DNA from: Dictyostelium discoideum
Taxonomy: Eukaryota
Length of the DNA: 64,000 nucleotides
Assembly: GCA_000004695.1 (NCBI GenBank)
Contig: CM000151.3
Span: 4,000,001-4,064,000 of the forward strand
Reading direction: 5' to 3'
The notes beneath the pieces were generated by a model. That model saw only the letters and a program-made list of their open reading frames with translations, had not been told where the DNA came from and ran no database searches. The translations under genes were made by a program, and so were the position numbers. Of the stretch, positions 24,908 through 37,995 are shown piece by piece; within the stretch, counting starts at the first letter, position 1, and each line of letters starts with the position of its first letter.

Positions 24908-27900
24908 ATGTGGCAAAAACCATCTTTAACAAAATCAATGATGAATGAAGTTTCTTCAAATTCACCAAAATCACCTACATTAACATCATCACCATCAACA
25001 CAATCATTTGCAAATAGAGTATTACCGGGTAGAAATTTAGATGGTGGTGGTGGTGGTAGTAATAGATTAATATTTGGAGGTAGTGGTGGTGGTAGTGGTG
25101 GTGGAAGTTTACCGAGTAGTCCAGTAAGTTCACCAGTGAATCCATTTAATTTAAATGGAGGTGGAGGTGGCAAATCGAGTAGAAGAAGAGGTGTAACAGT
25201 TGCAGCAGGTTCAGAACAAGTTGAAACTAGAAGAAAAATATTATTAGGTAACTCTAGACCATTTAGACGTCGTGCTCGTAGTATGGAAATTTTAAATTCT
25301 TGGGATTTTATACCATATCAAAAAAAACCATCAGATGATGAACAAGGCCAAGTTGATCAATATATTCAAGGAGAGAATGATGAAGATTTAACATCTTATG
25401 AATCATATATTACAAACAATAATACTACTACCACTACAAATACAAATAATAGTAATAATAATAATAGTAATAATGATGGTAGTGGTAGTGGAAGTGGTGC
25501 TGGAGGTAGTTTCATTGGTACCACTACATCGGCAAAAACTACATCAACTACTAGCACATCAGCAGCAACAACTACAACAACTACAACCACATCATCATCA
25601 TCATCATCACCATCATCTTCATCACCATCATCAACATCACCAACAATAGCTTCTAATAATGATAATAATAATAAAATTGAACCGCCACAACCATCAAAGA
25701 TTGCAAATAGTGTGCCACCATTAACTTTATCACAATCACAAACTCAACAACAGCAGCAGCAAAAGGTTAAACCACCACCGCCATCACCAAGATTTTCAAC
25801 AAACAGTAGTGGCAGCCAAAGTCCACCAGTACCACCAAGATCAAGTAAATCATTAGGATTATCAAATGATTTCTCAATTAGTTTATCCTCATCAATGTCA
25901 TCGAACTCATTGTTAATCTCTGGTTCAATTAATACATTACCAACATCGTCATCATCATCATCATCAGTAGGAGGGTCAGGAGCATCGGCAGCATCAGCAT
26001 CCATTTCATCATCATCATCATTATCATCATCATCATTATCTGTTTCAAAATTAATTTATGAAAATAATGAAGAAAATAAATTTGTAGTAGTATCAGGTCC
26101 AAAAGATCAACTTGTAGAATATTTATGTAATAAAAATAAATTAGGTAATTATCTTTATATTATTATAATAATTAATAATTAATAATTAATAATTAATAAT
26201 TAATAATTAATAATTAATAATATTAACTATTTATTTCATTTTTTATTTTTTTAAAAAAAATAGATTTCTCATTTGTAAATAGTTTTATATTATCATTTCG
26301 ATATTTTATTGAACCAGAAGAATTATTTAATCATTTAATGGTAAAATATGAAACAAAGGTTCAAACAACTTCATCAATTAAAGTTTCAAAACAATTTGAA
26401 GAAATTCAAGATAGAATTAGACAAAAGTAAGTTTTTTTAAAAAAAAAACCTGATTTATATATATATATATATTAATTCTTTTTTATTTTATTATTATTAT
26501 TTTTTTTTATAAAAAAAAAAAAGTATTTTAATTATTATATCAGTTTGGGTAGATTGTAATTATAGTGATTTTGAAGATAATTTAAGTTTACATAAGAGAT
26601 TATTTAAATTAGTTCAAGATACACCACATGCTGTATTTTTAAGAGATTCAATTGATAGACAAAAAGTATCGAAAATTCCAATTTTAGATTTATATGAAAA
26701 ATTAAAAGATGAATTATTATTATCATTATCACCAAGAGGTAGTTTAAGTGGTAGTGGTGGTATTAGCAATAATAATAATGGTAGTGATTTAAAAAATAGT
26801 AATAATGGAAATAATAGTAGTAATAATAATAATAGTAGTAGTAACAGTAGTAGTAGTAGTAGTAGTAGTGATATAAAAAATATAAAAAATTCATTCTTTT
26901 CTTTAACAACAATGATGGATTGGTTAATGAATCATTTATCAATTGGTTATGCAACGGCTGATTCAATATTAAAGAAATTATTTAAATTAAAAGTAATTGG
27001 TAGTTTAGGAAGTGGTGGTGGTTTTACAAACATTTCTTCATCACATACTAATTCAAATAGTAAATCTTCAAAAGAAGAATTATACTTTTTTGTAAATGTA
27101 TTGTATTTTTTATTTTTAAAAAAAAAATTTAAAAATTTATATATATATATATATATATTTATTAATATGTTATATTTTATTTTATTTTATTTTAAAATAG
27201 ACATCAACAAAATCAATAATTAATAAAGAAATTTATTCAAGATCATTTATGGATTATAGTCCACAAGATATTGCAAAACAATTAACATTGATTGAATTTA
27301 AATTATTTCAAAGTGTGAAAATGAAAGAACTTTATCATAAGTCATGGACGATTAGTAAGAGTAAGTTTGAGAATTCACCAAATATAATGTCATTGATAAC
27401 AATGTCGAATAAGATTGCCAATTGGGTAGCAACAGAGGTGGTGACAACACCACATCCAAAGAAACGTGTTGAAGTTTTGAAAAGATTTATATCGGTTGCA
27501 GAACATTGTAAAAAGATAAACAATTTCAATACACTAATGGAGGTGATAAGTGGTCTTTCCAATAGCGCAGTATCACGTTTAAAAGAGACTTGGAAATCGT
27601 TGCCTACCAGATACGTAAATTCGTTCAATTCACTTCAAAACTTTCTAAAAACTGACGAAAATTGGAAATCTTACAGACAGACTTTAAAAACCAAAGAAAC
27701 ACCATGTCTACCTTATTTAGGCCTATTCCTACAAGATATCAATTTCATTGAAGATGGTAATTCAAACCTTTCTTCTGAAAATGATTGGGTAAACTTTAAG
27801 AAAATGAATTTATTAACTTCAGTTTTCACTGAAATTCAATACTTTCAAAGACATCCTTATTTTAGTTTTAGTACTCATCAAAATATTCAAACTTATTTCG

Positions 27901-28022
27901 AAAAGGATATAGTTATATTACCTGAAAAAGAACTTTATGCATTTTCAAAATTTATTGAATCACCTTCAAATCCATTATTTAGATTATCAAAATCAAAAAA
28001 TCAATCAATATTTAATATTTAA
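24908..28022 (+). CDS. Ras guanine-nucleotide exchange factor (RasGEF_N plus RasGEF/Cdc25 catalytic domain, with a possible DEP-like segment), 4 exons: join(24908..26144, 26264..26426, 26524..27091, 27201..28022); 929 aa.
   Basis: ATG at 24908 with a stop 3 codons upstream. The N-terminal half is S/T/G-rich and low-complexity. RasGEF_N-type sequence is LIYENNEENKFVVVSGPKDQLVEYL…FVNSFILSFRYFIEPEELFNHLMVKYE. The catalytic domain reads DIAKQLTLIEFKLFQSVKMKELYHKSW…NFNTLMEVISGL…LPYLGLFLQDINFIEDGN…FEKDIVILPEKELYAFS, which are classic Cdc25-homology motifs. The donors are GTAATT/GTAAGT/GTAAAT, the introns are 119, 97 and 109 nt, and all joins are phase-checked; the total is 2790 nt. The length and DEP-like region are reminiscent of what I recall for gefM, but I cannot assign the paralogue. 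Confidence 0.8.
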
Positions 28023-28165
28023 AAAATAAAATAAAATAAAATAAAATAAATTAAATAAATAAATAAATTAATAATAATATATTTATTTATATATATATAC
28101 ATATATAAATATTTTTTTTTCTCAATTATCCATTGCCGCCCTACCCATTATCTGTTTTTTTTTTT

Positions 28166-28203
<38 letters not shown>

Positions 28204-29039
28204 AACAAATGGTAATTTTAAAAACAAAATTAATTCTGGTGTGATACACTTCAATTATGTTTTTAATTTAAAAAATCTCTTATCTCTTTTTTATTTTTTT
28301 ATTTTTTTATTTTTTTTTTATTTTTTTTTATTTATTTTTACTTATTTTATTTATTAGTTTATGTTGAATCAAAAAGAGGGGTCAACTATATTTTATTAGT
28401 AATATTATGATAATTTCAATTATCTTTAGTTGAAAAAATTAATTTTTCCTTTTGTTTTAAAACATCTATATTATGATAGGTGTAATAAATTGAAGAAATG
28501 AGTGAGTGAGTGAGTGGTTGATTACTAAATTGTTTGTTATTGTTGTTGTCGTCTTCTATGGAATAAGCTACGAAATGCTTTGAACATTGGTATTATATTG
28601 CAGTTTTTGGTGATAATAACAATTAAAATATTGAGTGAACTTATAAAATAAAGAAATGAGTAATAGTATCATCGTATAATTTGGTTGATCTAGTTTTCGA
28701 ACACTATCCATTTTTTTGAATTAAGTTAAATCTCTTTAATAATTCCTTAACTTTTTATAAGTTAAGTAAGTTATATATTAGGAATATCCTAATAATAAAA
28801 AATAAATAATAAAAAATTATTTATTAAAATTGATAAAATTATTGTCCAATTTTATCACAATAATCTTATTATTTTCAAATATTAAAATTATAATAATGAA
28901 AATATCTTTTTTTTTTTTTTTTTTTTTTTTCTGAAAATTTTCTTTTTTTTTTTTTTTTTTTTTTTAATCACCATATTTTTTTTATTTTTTATTGTTATTA
29001 TTTTTTTTATAATTTTTTACATTTTATAATAATGTTAAA

Positions 29040-30737
29040 ATGGAATTAAATTCAAAATTATTTTTTAAATTATGGAGAAATAAAGTTATTAGATTACGTA
29101 TATTTTATCATTTAAATATATTTTATAGTCATATATTTTCAAGAGAGTTTTCAATTCATGAAATTAGATTATATAAATTTAAAGAGTATTTACAAAATGT
29201 AATATTAACAGATCAAGAATTTTATAAATGTAAAATTAATTTACCATTAAATGTTGAAAAGTTAGCATTTAAAAATTTTAATCAAGAGATTGGTTCAGGT
29301 TGGTTAGATGGTAATGAAAAATTAACTCATTTAGATCTTGGTAAAAGTTACAATCATCCTTTGAAAATTGGTGATATTCCAAATGGAATTACAAATTTAA
29401 CACTAAGTTATAATTTCGATTTCCAAATTCAACCATTTGCAATACCATCAAGTGTAACATCCATTACATTTGGTAATCGTTGGAATCAACAATTAATTAA
29501 AGATAGTTTACCAAAATCTTTAAAATCTTTAAAATTTGGTTCTTGTTTTAATAATAAAGGTAATCCAATTGATTTTTCAATATTTCCAAAATCAATTGAA
29601 TCTATTATTTTTGGTAAAGATTTTCAACAATTAATTGAACCAAATTCATTTGAAACTTTTTTACCAAATTTAGTAAAATTAGAATTTAATTCAGAATATA
29701 AAAAAAAATTAAAATTAAATTCAATTCCAAAAACTGTAAAAGAATTATTCTTAGGTTATAATAATAATTTTAATAATAATAATAATAATAATGATGAATC
29801 AATATTTAAATGTATACCAAATAGTGTTACAAAATTAACATTGGGTGATTATTTAAGTAATCCAATTGAAGCATATGATTTACCAGATTCAATTACAGAT
29901 TTATCATTGGGTTTAAATAATTCAATTAATGTTGGATCAATACCAAACTCAGTGAAATCATTGGAATTCTTTAGTTATAATAGGTCAACACCAGATGGTA
30001 CATTACCAAATTCATTGGTTAAACTTAAATTTAGTCAAGATTTTAATCAAGAATTATCATATGGATTATTTAAAAATTGTTATGAAAGTTTAACAAGTTT
30101 AGATTTAGGTTACCTTTTCAAACGTTTTAAATCTGGTGTTTTACCAAAGAATTTAAAAGAATTAAAATTTAATCGTCTTTTTAATCCAGATTATTTAGAC
30201 CCAAATTCAATACCAGATTCAGTTGAAACTTTACAAATTATGCCAAATTTTAAATTAAATCAAAATAATAATAATAATATACCAAAATCTTTAAAAAATT
30301 TAATTTTAATTAATTTTAATTGTGTAATTCCAAAAGATTATTTTAAAAATTCAAATGTTTTATGGAATCAATTAAAATCATTAGACCTTAGTGAATCATC
30401 ATTCAATTCGGTCATTCATGAAGGTTGTTTACCTTTAAATTTAGAAATTTTAAAATTTAGTTCAGAATTTAATCAAAATTTAACATTGGAAATGTTACCA
30501 CCAAATCTTAAAACTCTTCAATTAGGTTCAAATTTTAATAAAATAATTAATAGAGATAATATGCCTGAATCATTAACAACTCTATGGGTTTTAGGTTGTC
30601 CAAAATTAACCCATGATCAATTACCAATTAATTTAATTTCAATTTTCACTTATAATACTAATAAAGAATTTTTAAATTCTTTAGATTATGATTATTTTTG
30701 GTATTTTTTAAAAATTATAAAAAAATATTATTGGTAA
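29040..30737 (+). CDS. FNIP-repeat-containing protein (565 aa) with an N-terminal F-box-like LFFKLWRNKVIRLRIFYHL motif.
   Basis: Single ORF with the ATG at 29040. It has >15 tandem ~22-aa repeats with the Dictyostelium FNIP signature (…FNQEI..G.LP.SLT.L.FG..FNQPL..G.IP.SV..L.F…). Confidence 0.75.
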   Translation: MELNSKLFFKLWRNKVIRLRIFYHLNIFYSHIFSREFSIHEIRLYKFKEYLQNVILTDQEFYKCKINLPLNVEKLAFKNFNQEIGSGWLDGNEKLTHLDLGKSYNHPLKIGDIPNGITNLTLSYNFDFQIQPFAIPSSVTSITFGNRWNQQLIKDSLPKSLKSLKFGSCFNNKGNPIDFSIFPKSIESIIFGKDFQQLIEPNSFETFLPNLVKLEFNSEYKKKLKLNSIPKTVKELFLGYNNNFNNNNNNNDESIFKCIPNSVTKLTLGDYLSNPIEAYDLPDSITDLSLGLNNSINVGSIPNSVKSLEFFSYNRSTPDGTLPNSLVKLKFSQDFNQELSYGLFKNCYESLTSLDLGYLFKRFKSGVLPKNLKELKFNRLFNPDYLDPNSIPDSVETLQIMPNFKLNQNNNNNIPKSLKNLILINFNCVIPKDYFKNSNVLWNQLKSLDLSESSFNSVIHEGCLPLNLEILKFSSEFNQNLTLEMLPPNLKTLQLGSNFNKIINRDNMPESLTTLWVLGCPKLTHDQLPINLISIFTYNTNKEFLNSLDYDYFWYFLKIIKKYYW

Positions 30738-30901
30738 AAAAAAAAAAATAATAAAAAAATAAAAAAAAGAAAATTACACAACCAACGGATTTGATAAAAA
30801 AAATGATAAAAAAAAAAAAAAAGATATTTTTTTTTTCGATTATTTTGATTTTAATTTTATTTTTATTTTTATTATTTTTTTTTTTTTTTTTTGATTGCCA
30901 C

Positions 30902-30981
<80 letters not shown>

Positions 30982-31009
30982 CAAAAAAATAAAAAGGAAA
31001 ATAAAAAGA

Positions 31010-33624
31010 ATGAAAAATATTGAATATGAATTTAATAATAATGAAAGATTATTTTGGAAAGTTTTTAAAGATAAATTTTTATTTAATTATATATTTAATC
31101 AAATGATTACAACAGAAATAATTTATAAAGATGAAAAGAAATATTATGTTGGTAATAGAATTCAATGGAAATATATAAAATCAATTGAATGGATGATTGC
31201 AAATAATCAAATAACATTATTTAAAGATAAATTAAAATCTAATCAATATATAATTGTTGATTATTTCAGTTTAGAAATATTTATTAAAGAATGTAAAGAT
31301 ATTGAATTAATGAAATTATTAATAGATAAAAGAGGTGACGATTTACCAATTGAAAGTTTAGTTAGTTTATCATTAAATCTTGGTAATATTGTAGCATGTT
31401 CAGCTTTTATTGATTTAAATTTACCATTTGCTCGTTCCTCATTTACAAGTGCGATTTCAATTGGTAATCTTCAAATTTTTAAAAAATTATTAACAAAATT
31501 ATCACCTCAAGATTTTGATAATCCATCAAAGTATCCAAAACATGAAATTTTTCAATTAATTGATTCAAATAATGAAATTATGGAATTTATTTTACTTGAT
31601 GAAAATCTTTATTCAAAAAACCACCAACATGATAATGATAAAACACAATTAGTATCAATTCAAAATTATTTTTTATTTAAAAAAGAAATTTCAAAAAAAT
31701 TATTAAAATTAAATTTAGTAAATAAAAAAATGAATAATGAAGAAAATAATAATAATATTAACAGTAATAATGATAATAATAATAATAATAATAATAATGA
31801 TTTATCAATTCATCATTTAATATTAAGAATTATAAAAAATGAACCATTAGAAATTGAACAAGATGAATTATTATTTTTAATTGAATCTTATTATTTAGTA
31901 TGTTTAAATTTACAAGAAATACCAATACAGATTTTAGATAGAATTGAAAAAATTAAATTATTAGATACCTCTAGAGATAATGAACTTACAAAACGTTATC
32001 ATTTAGAGATGATACTAGTTGAACAACTTCAAGATAAACATAAATTTAGTGAACACGTTTATAAATTACTTTATAAAACTAATAATTTATCAGGTATTAG
32101 AAATATGTCATCACTTTATCATTACTCATATAAATCATTATGTATGGATGGTTTATGTTTGTTAATGTCCTATTATAAAGATTTTCAATGTATTTCACCT
32201 GATCAATTGACAATTAGAGATTGCAAAGTTGAATCTTGTGATAAATCATTAATAGATACCGATCCAGATCGTGTAGTTGCTTTCCTACAACTTTATTATG
32301 CAAAAAATAATAATATCAGATATCTACCAGAATTAGATAAAGAATTTATTGCAAAGGTATTTGTTAATTGTTCAATTGAAATTTTAGAGACAATTTTAAC
32401 TACAAATAGTCAATTTAATGAAATATTTGGTAACCTTCATTTAGGTGAACAATATACTATACCATTTAGTAAATATAGTTGGTTTATAAAAAGATATTGT
32501 CAATGTGTAAATGAACCAAACCTATCCTTCTTTAATTGTAATATAGAATTTAAATCAATTCAAGAGAAAAAAGATTTCATTGATATCTTATCAATTTATC
32601 AAACTCAATCTTTAAATTTACCATTTAATTCAATTGATTGTTTAGGTTCAATTGAAACTTGTGATTATTATACCTTTAAAATACCTTGGAATATAATACC
32701 TGATATTTATAAATTTGCATTCAATTATTCATTATCAATTTGTGATATTATTGAATTAAATAAATTACAATCAATAAAAACAAAATCAACAACAATAGAA
32801 ACAGATTTTAAGGATTATCAAATTGAATTTAAAAGTTTTAATATTAATTCATCAACGTCATTAATTTTATCACTTTTTAAATTTATAAATTTAAATGAAA
32901 GTTTTTATCAAAATCATTTATTTCAATTAATAAATAAATTTGAAGATTTAATTAAATCAGAAGAAAAAGAGAAAACTATTAAATCATTAGTAAATGTAAT
33001 TGATTTTAATAAATTTCAATTTTCAACTATAAAATTATTATTAAATAAAATTATTGAATTTGATTTATTATGGATTCAATTAATATTTGAAAGTGGTTTT
33101 AAAGTTCAAGATTATAATTTGATTAATCAAGTTGGAATTAAACCACCAAATGTTCAATTATTTAATGTATTAGATAATCAACCATTGGGTTTATATCAAT
33201 GTAAAACCTCAAATTATCAAACATTATTAGAAATTATTAAATTATTAAATTCAAATATACCAAATGAACATATTCATCGTTTTCAAGATTTTCAATATTA
33301 TCTCTACTTAAATTTATTATCTTGTAATGGTGTCACTATCAATTATTTAAAATATCAAGTTTTAAAAGTTTATCCAATTAATCAAGATTCTCAATTGTTT
33401 TATTTAAATTTAGTAATTTATTATTTGAGAATAAAATCAACAAAATTATTTAAATATATAATTGAAAATGAAAAATTAATCAATTATATTTGTAACAATG
33501 GTAATGGTTTATTTTTATTAAAATCAAGTTTCTTTTCATTTAATCAAATTTGTAATTCAAATTTTCAACAATTATTTTTTGAATTTAAAAATAATATACT
33601 TGAAAATAAAGAAAATATTAAATT

Positions 33625-33696
<72 letters not shown>

Positions 33697-34366
33697 TAAT
33701 AATAATTATAATTATTTACAAACTATTTATAATATTAATTATTTATTATCAGTTGGAGAAATTGATATAATTTTAGAAAATAAAAATGAATTCATAATTA
33801 ATAATTGTATTAATGAACATTCAATGATGGCAAGTTCAAATAATGCAAAACTTAATAGTATTAATAGTTCAATTAATTCTTTAATTTCAAAAATTAATGA
33901 AAAGCTAATGATTAATACTCCAGTTGAAAAGATTAAAGAATTTAATGAAAATATAATTGTAGATTATGATGGTAAAGATATATTTAAATCAGCATTAAAT
34001 TATGAAAGATTAGATGTAGTTCAATGGTTAATGACTGTTAATAGCTTTTGGATTGAAAAACTTTGGCATAGAATGGTGTTTGGTAATCATTTAGAAATTT
34101 CAAAATTTATTTATAAAAATTATTCAAATGAATTTACAATTGATCAACTTTCATTAAATGAAATTTTAAATTTTGGTTATCAAAATATGTTTGATTTAAT
34201 AATTAAAAGTTCAAAAAATATCTCTCCAACAATTCAAAAATTAAAAAATCAATTAGATGAAAAGGATGAAATTATTAAAAATTTAAATTTACAGTTATCT
34301 TTATTAAAAAAAAGAAAATTTGATGATTTAATTGATGATAAAAGTGGTTTTAATAATAAAAAATAA
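31010..34366 (+). CDS. Large hypothetical protein (~1118 aa) with an N-terminal RLFWKVFKDKFLFNYIFNQ motif (same type as the neighbouring FNIP gene), I/L/N/K-rich, with a poly-N tract at 33630–33700.
   Basis: ORF 30791..34366 is open. Its 5' 220 nt is poly-T/poly-A read-through (MIKK…FFFF…), so the first plausible start is the ATG at 31010 (MKNIEYEFNNNERLFWKVF…). No introns are needed. I did not recognise a family; it may carry ankyrin-like helical repeats. Confidence 0.55.
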
Positions 34367-34426
34367 AAAATAAAAATTTGTTTAATTAACTTTCTTTTTA
34401 TTTATTTAATTTTTTATTTAATTTTT

Positions 34427-36817
34427 TTAAAATTCTTGAATTGGTGGACCAAAATAGTTATAAATAAATGATGTTGTTGCTTTATTACCACCACTTATAA
34501 TTGTTAATGTCGAAAAGCCAAGTGGTCTTGGTGGATAATTAATTTTAACAGTATATTTAGTTAATTGGGTGAAATCACAAACGATACCATCAATTAAAGC
34601 TGTGAATGTATTTACGTTGAATGAAGAACCGAAATCACCTGATATATCCTTAGTTCCACCATTAGAATTAATTTGACCACTAACATCAAGGATTGAAATA
34701 GTTTCCCTATTAAATGTTCTAATATTTGAGAGGATACCATCTTTTTTAATGAATAATGAGAATGATGTTAAGCTTGATACAATTGGAGAAGTGAATGTAA
34801 CTGAACCTGAATTAACTTGAGTGATTGGATATTCAACATAATTTATAATAATTTTATAAGTTGATGAAGTTGGTCCGAATTCTGGTCCATAAACAGTGAT
34901 GGTATTTGATTCAACAATAAAGTAATTAATTTCAACAATTGGTGGATCAATATATTTAATTTGTGATTTTAAATAATCTACACCATTTACTTGTAAAATG
35001 AATGGATATAAGCCAACACCATTAAACACTTGAGGATAGCCAATTTCTATTGATGATCCACTAACACTAACAATATCAGCAACATCATTACCGATTAATA
35101 TATTCAATTGATTAATATCATTTGTTGGTAATCCACCTGGAATAGTTAAAACTTTTGAACCACCACTTGTATATAAATTTACAGTTGTTGAAAATTCTTT
35201 AATATAAGTAAACTGGTCAGTTGATTGACCCTCAACTTGTACACTAAAAGTAAATGAATTTAAAGTTGACGAAATATATGTACTAACATATCCATAAATA
35301 GTTTTTGGTACAACTATTGATGCTGAATTAATTAATATATTCATATTTGAAACATATGATAAACCACTTCCAAAAATATAAAGTAAATTTGATTCTAATT
35401 TAAAGCTAGAAATAACTGGTTTTTCATAACTAAAAACAAAATTGAATGGAATTGATAAGGTATTTTGGAAATAATAAGTATATGAAATATCTTTACCAGC
35501 GCCTCTTGGAATTGTAATTGTAAATTCTGTATTTGGTACAGTGAATTTTGCAAATGGTATAACCGAATTATTTTTAATACTATAACCTAAATCCTTTCCT
35601 TGAATTGTTATAATTGTTTCTTGTGAAGTTGATGCAATTTTATTATAATTTGGGTTTATCCAAAATGTAGCTAATTTAAAAAAAAAAAAAGTTTGATTAA
35701 ACCAATTAATACTTTTTTGGTTAAAAAAAAAAAAAATTATAATTTTTAATTAATATTATTACTACTACATACGACAAGTTGGTGTTGAATATTTATTAAA
35801 ATCAACAAATGAATTTGGGAAAATTTTATAAATACTTCCGCCAGCACATCTCATACATGATGGTACATTGGTTAAATAATTACCACCTAAATTAAGATTA
35901 TTTGGTTTAATTTGACAATATTCCTCTGGAATTGTTCCAATAAACTATTTATTTTCAAAAATTAGTAAATAAAAAAAATAAAAAAAAAATTGTAATTTAA
36001 TAAACTTACATTGTTCATAGAAAGGTCACTATAAATAAAAATTTTGGAAAAAAAAAAGTTAATTAACTAATTATTTTTAATATTATTATTTCTTTAAATA
36101 ATAATTATTTTTTAAAAATTAAAAACTTACATATATTGAGTTTGTTTGAAATCAATTGTATTAACTGGTAAAGTTCTTTGTGGTTGAGTATGATTATTTA
36201 TTATTATACTATTTGTGAAATTTGTAAAATCAATTAAATCAAGAGAAACTGAAGATCTATAAAGGTTAATTCTTGAACCCTTACTTACTTTAATACATGG
36301 TTTTTGAGTACAAGTTGAAAAGAAATTTGATAGATAATGGAAATATAAAAACATTGGTTTACCAGTATATGAAAAATCAAGTAATCCATTGGAAGGTGGA
36401 AGAATATAATCACCACTAATTGTAAAACTATTTAATTTTTGAATTTGTTTAATACTACTTGGAAGTTGGAATGTATGATAGGTTGAATAAAATGATATAT
36501 ATAAAGATTCCAAATTTATAAATTCATTAAAATTATTTGGAAGAGCTAAATTTGTTCCGAGGTCACCTTGAATTAAAACTTTTAATGAGACCAAACCATT
36601 CAAATGTCCTCCATATGGCAATCCACTAGTTGGTGTTATTGGAAGTTCTAAATTATATAATAATGTATTTGGAGGGAATGAACTAATAATTGAATAACCA
36701 GGTTCAGCCATTGATATTGATAATGATCCAAGACTAGATGTAAAGAATCCATTGTGAACCATTCCACCATATTGATATATAGTCCTAATAATGATAATTT
36801 AATTAATATAAAATTGA

Positions 36818-36848
<31 letters not shown>

Positions 36849-37276
36849 TAATATACTTACAATGATGTATCTTTAAATATTACATTTATTGGCACTGTTG
36901 TTGATTGCCTATTGATGTCAAGTTCATATAAACGATTAAAATTAATTAAATTTAAATAAAATTGATCAGGTACATAAAATCCAGAACCAATTTCAATAGT
37001 TGTAGCATTTTTAAAAATTGAAAAATCTTCTGTAATGAGAGTAATGGTTGAATCATATTTTGCAAATTTTATTGAATTAAAATATTGAATTGTTGGATTA
37101 TTATAATCAGATTGACATGTAAATTGTGGAGTTGAACAAGGATCAGTTGCAATTATATTGAAATATTTTAAAATCATTGATTTGGATAAATTATTTTGAT
37201 CTAAAAGCAACTCTCCCTTTATTTTGTTTAAAAAAACAAATAAAAATAATAAAACCAATAAAGCATTTATTTTCAT
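34427..37276 (-). CDS. Secreted LRR plus IPT/TIG-like extracellular protein, 5 exons: complement(join(34427..35670, 35773..35944, 36010..36028, 36131..36784, 36861..37276)); 834 aa.
   Basis: ATG at 37276 followed by a signal peptide (MKINALLVLLFLFVFLNKIKG). Exon 2 carries LRR-like units. A 19-nt micro-exon (TGACCTTTCTATGAACAAT) plus exon 4 give …IDLSMNNFIGTIPEEYCQIKPNNLNLGGNYLTNVPSC, a plant-type LRR consensus (LxLSxNxFxGxIP). Exon 5 has repeated beta-rich TIG-like units (…TIQGKDLGYSIKNNSVIPFAKFTVPNTEFTITIP…). All four introns have GTAAGT/GTATGT donors and AG acceptors and are 76, 102, 65 and 102 nt long; the phases are consistent and the total is 2505 nt (divisible by 3). There is no C-terminal TM segment. 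Confidence 0.65.
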
Positions 37277-37851
37277 TTTATATTTATTTTTATTTTTTTA
37301 TTTGATGATTTCAACTCAACCGATTGGTTTTTTTTTTTTATACTTTTTTTTTTTTTTTTTCAAAACAAAAATTAAAAAAAAAAAGTCAATTTTTTTCTTC
37401 ATATTTAAAGATTCCATTCACTGATTTTTGATGTATTTGAAATTGTGCAACCCACAACCGAAAATTCAAAAAAAAAAAAAAAAAAAATAAAAATAAAAAT
37501 GAAAGTTAAATCCTATAATTCGAGATAAGATTTTTTTTTTTTTTTTTTTTCTTTTAACAACTTTATTGGTAAAGGATATTTTTTAAAAAAATACATAACT
37601 TCCATGAACTTGTTTTTATAATAATAATTGTATCAACACCAAAAAGTAGTTAATTATTATTTTTTAAAAAATTTAATGATAATATGAATTTACAAGTTTA
37701 ATAATATATTCTTTATTTAATTATTTTAAAAATCAAAAATAATAATAATAATAATAATATTGGAAATATATTTTTTAAATAATTTATATTTATAAATATT
37801 ATTTTTTTATTTTTTTTTTTAAATTTATAATTATTTCCTGGTTTGATTTTA

Positions 37852-37893
<42 letters not shown>

Positions 37894-37919
37894 AAATTTT
37901 GTTTGAAGGTTGATTTTTT

Positions 37920-37954
<35 letters not shown>

Positions 37955-37995
37955 CTAATCAAATTAATTTTCAATTTTGACAGATACATATTAAA

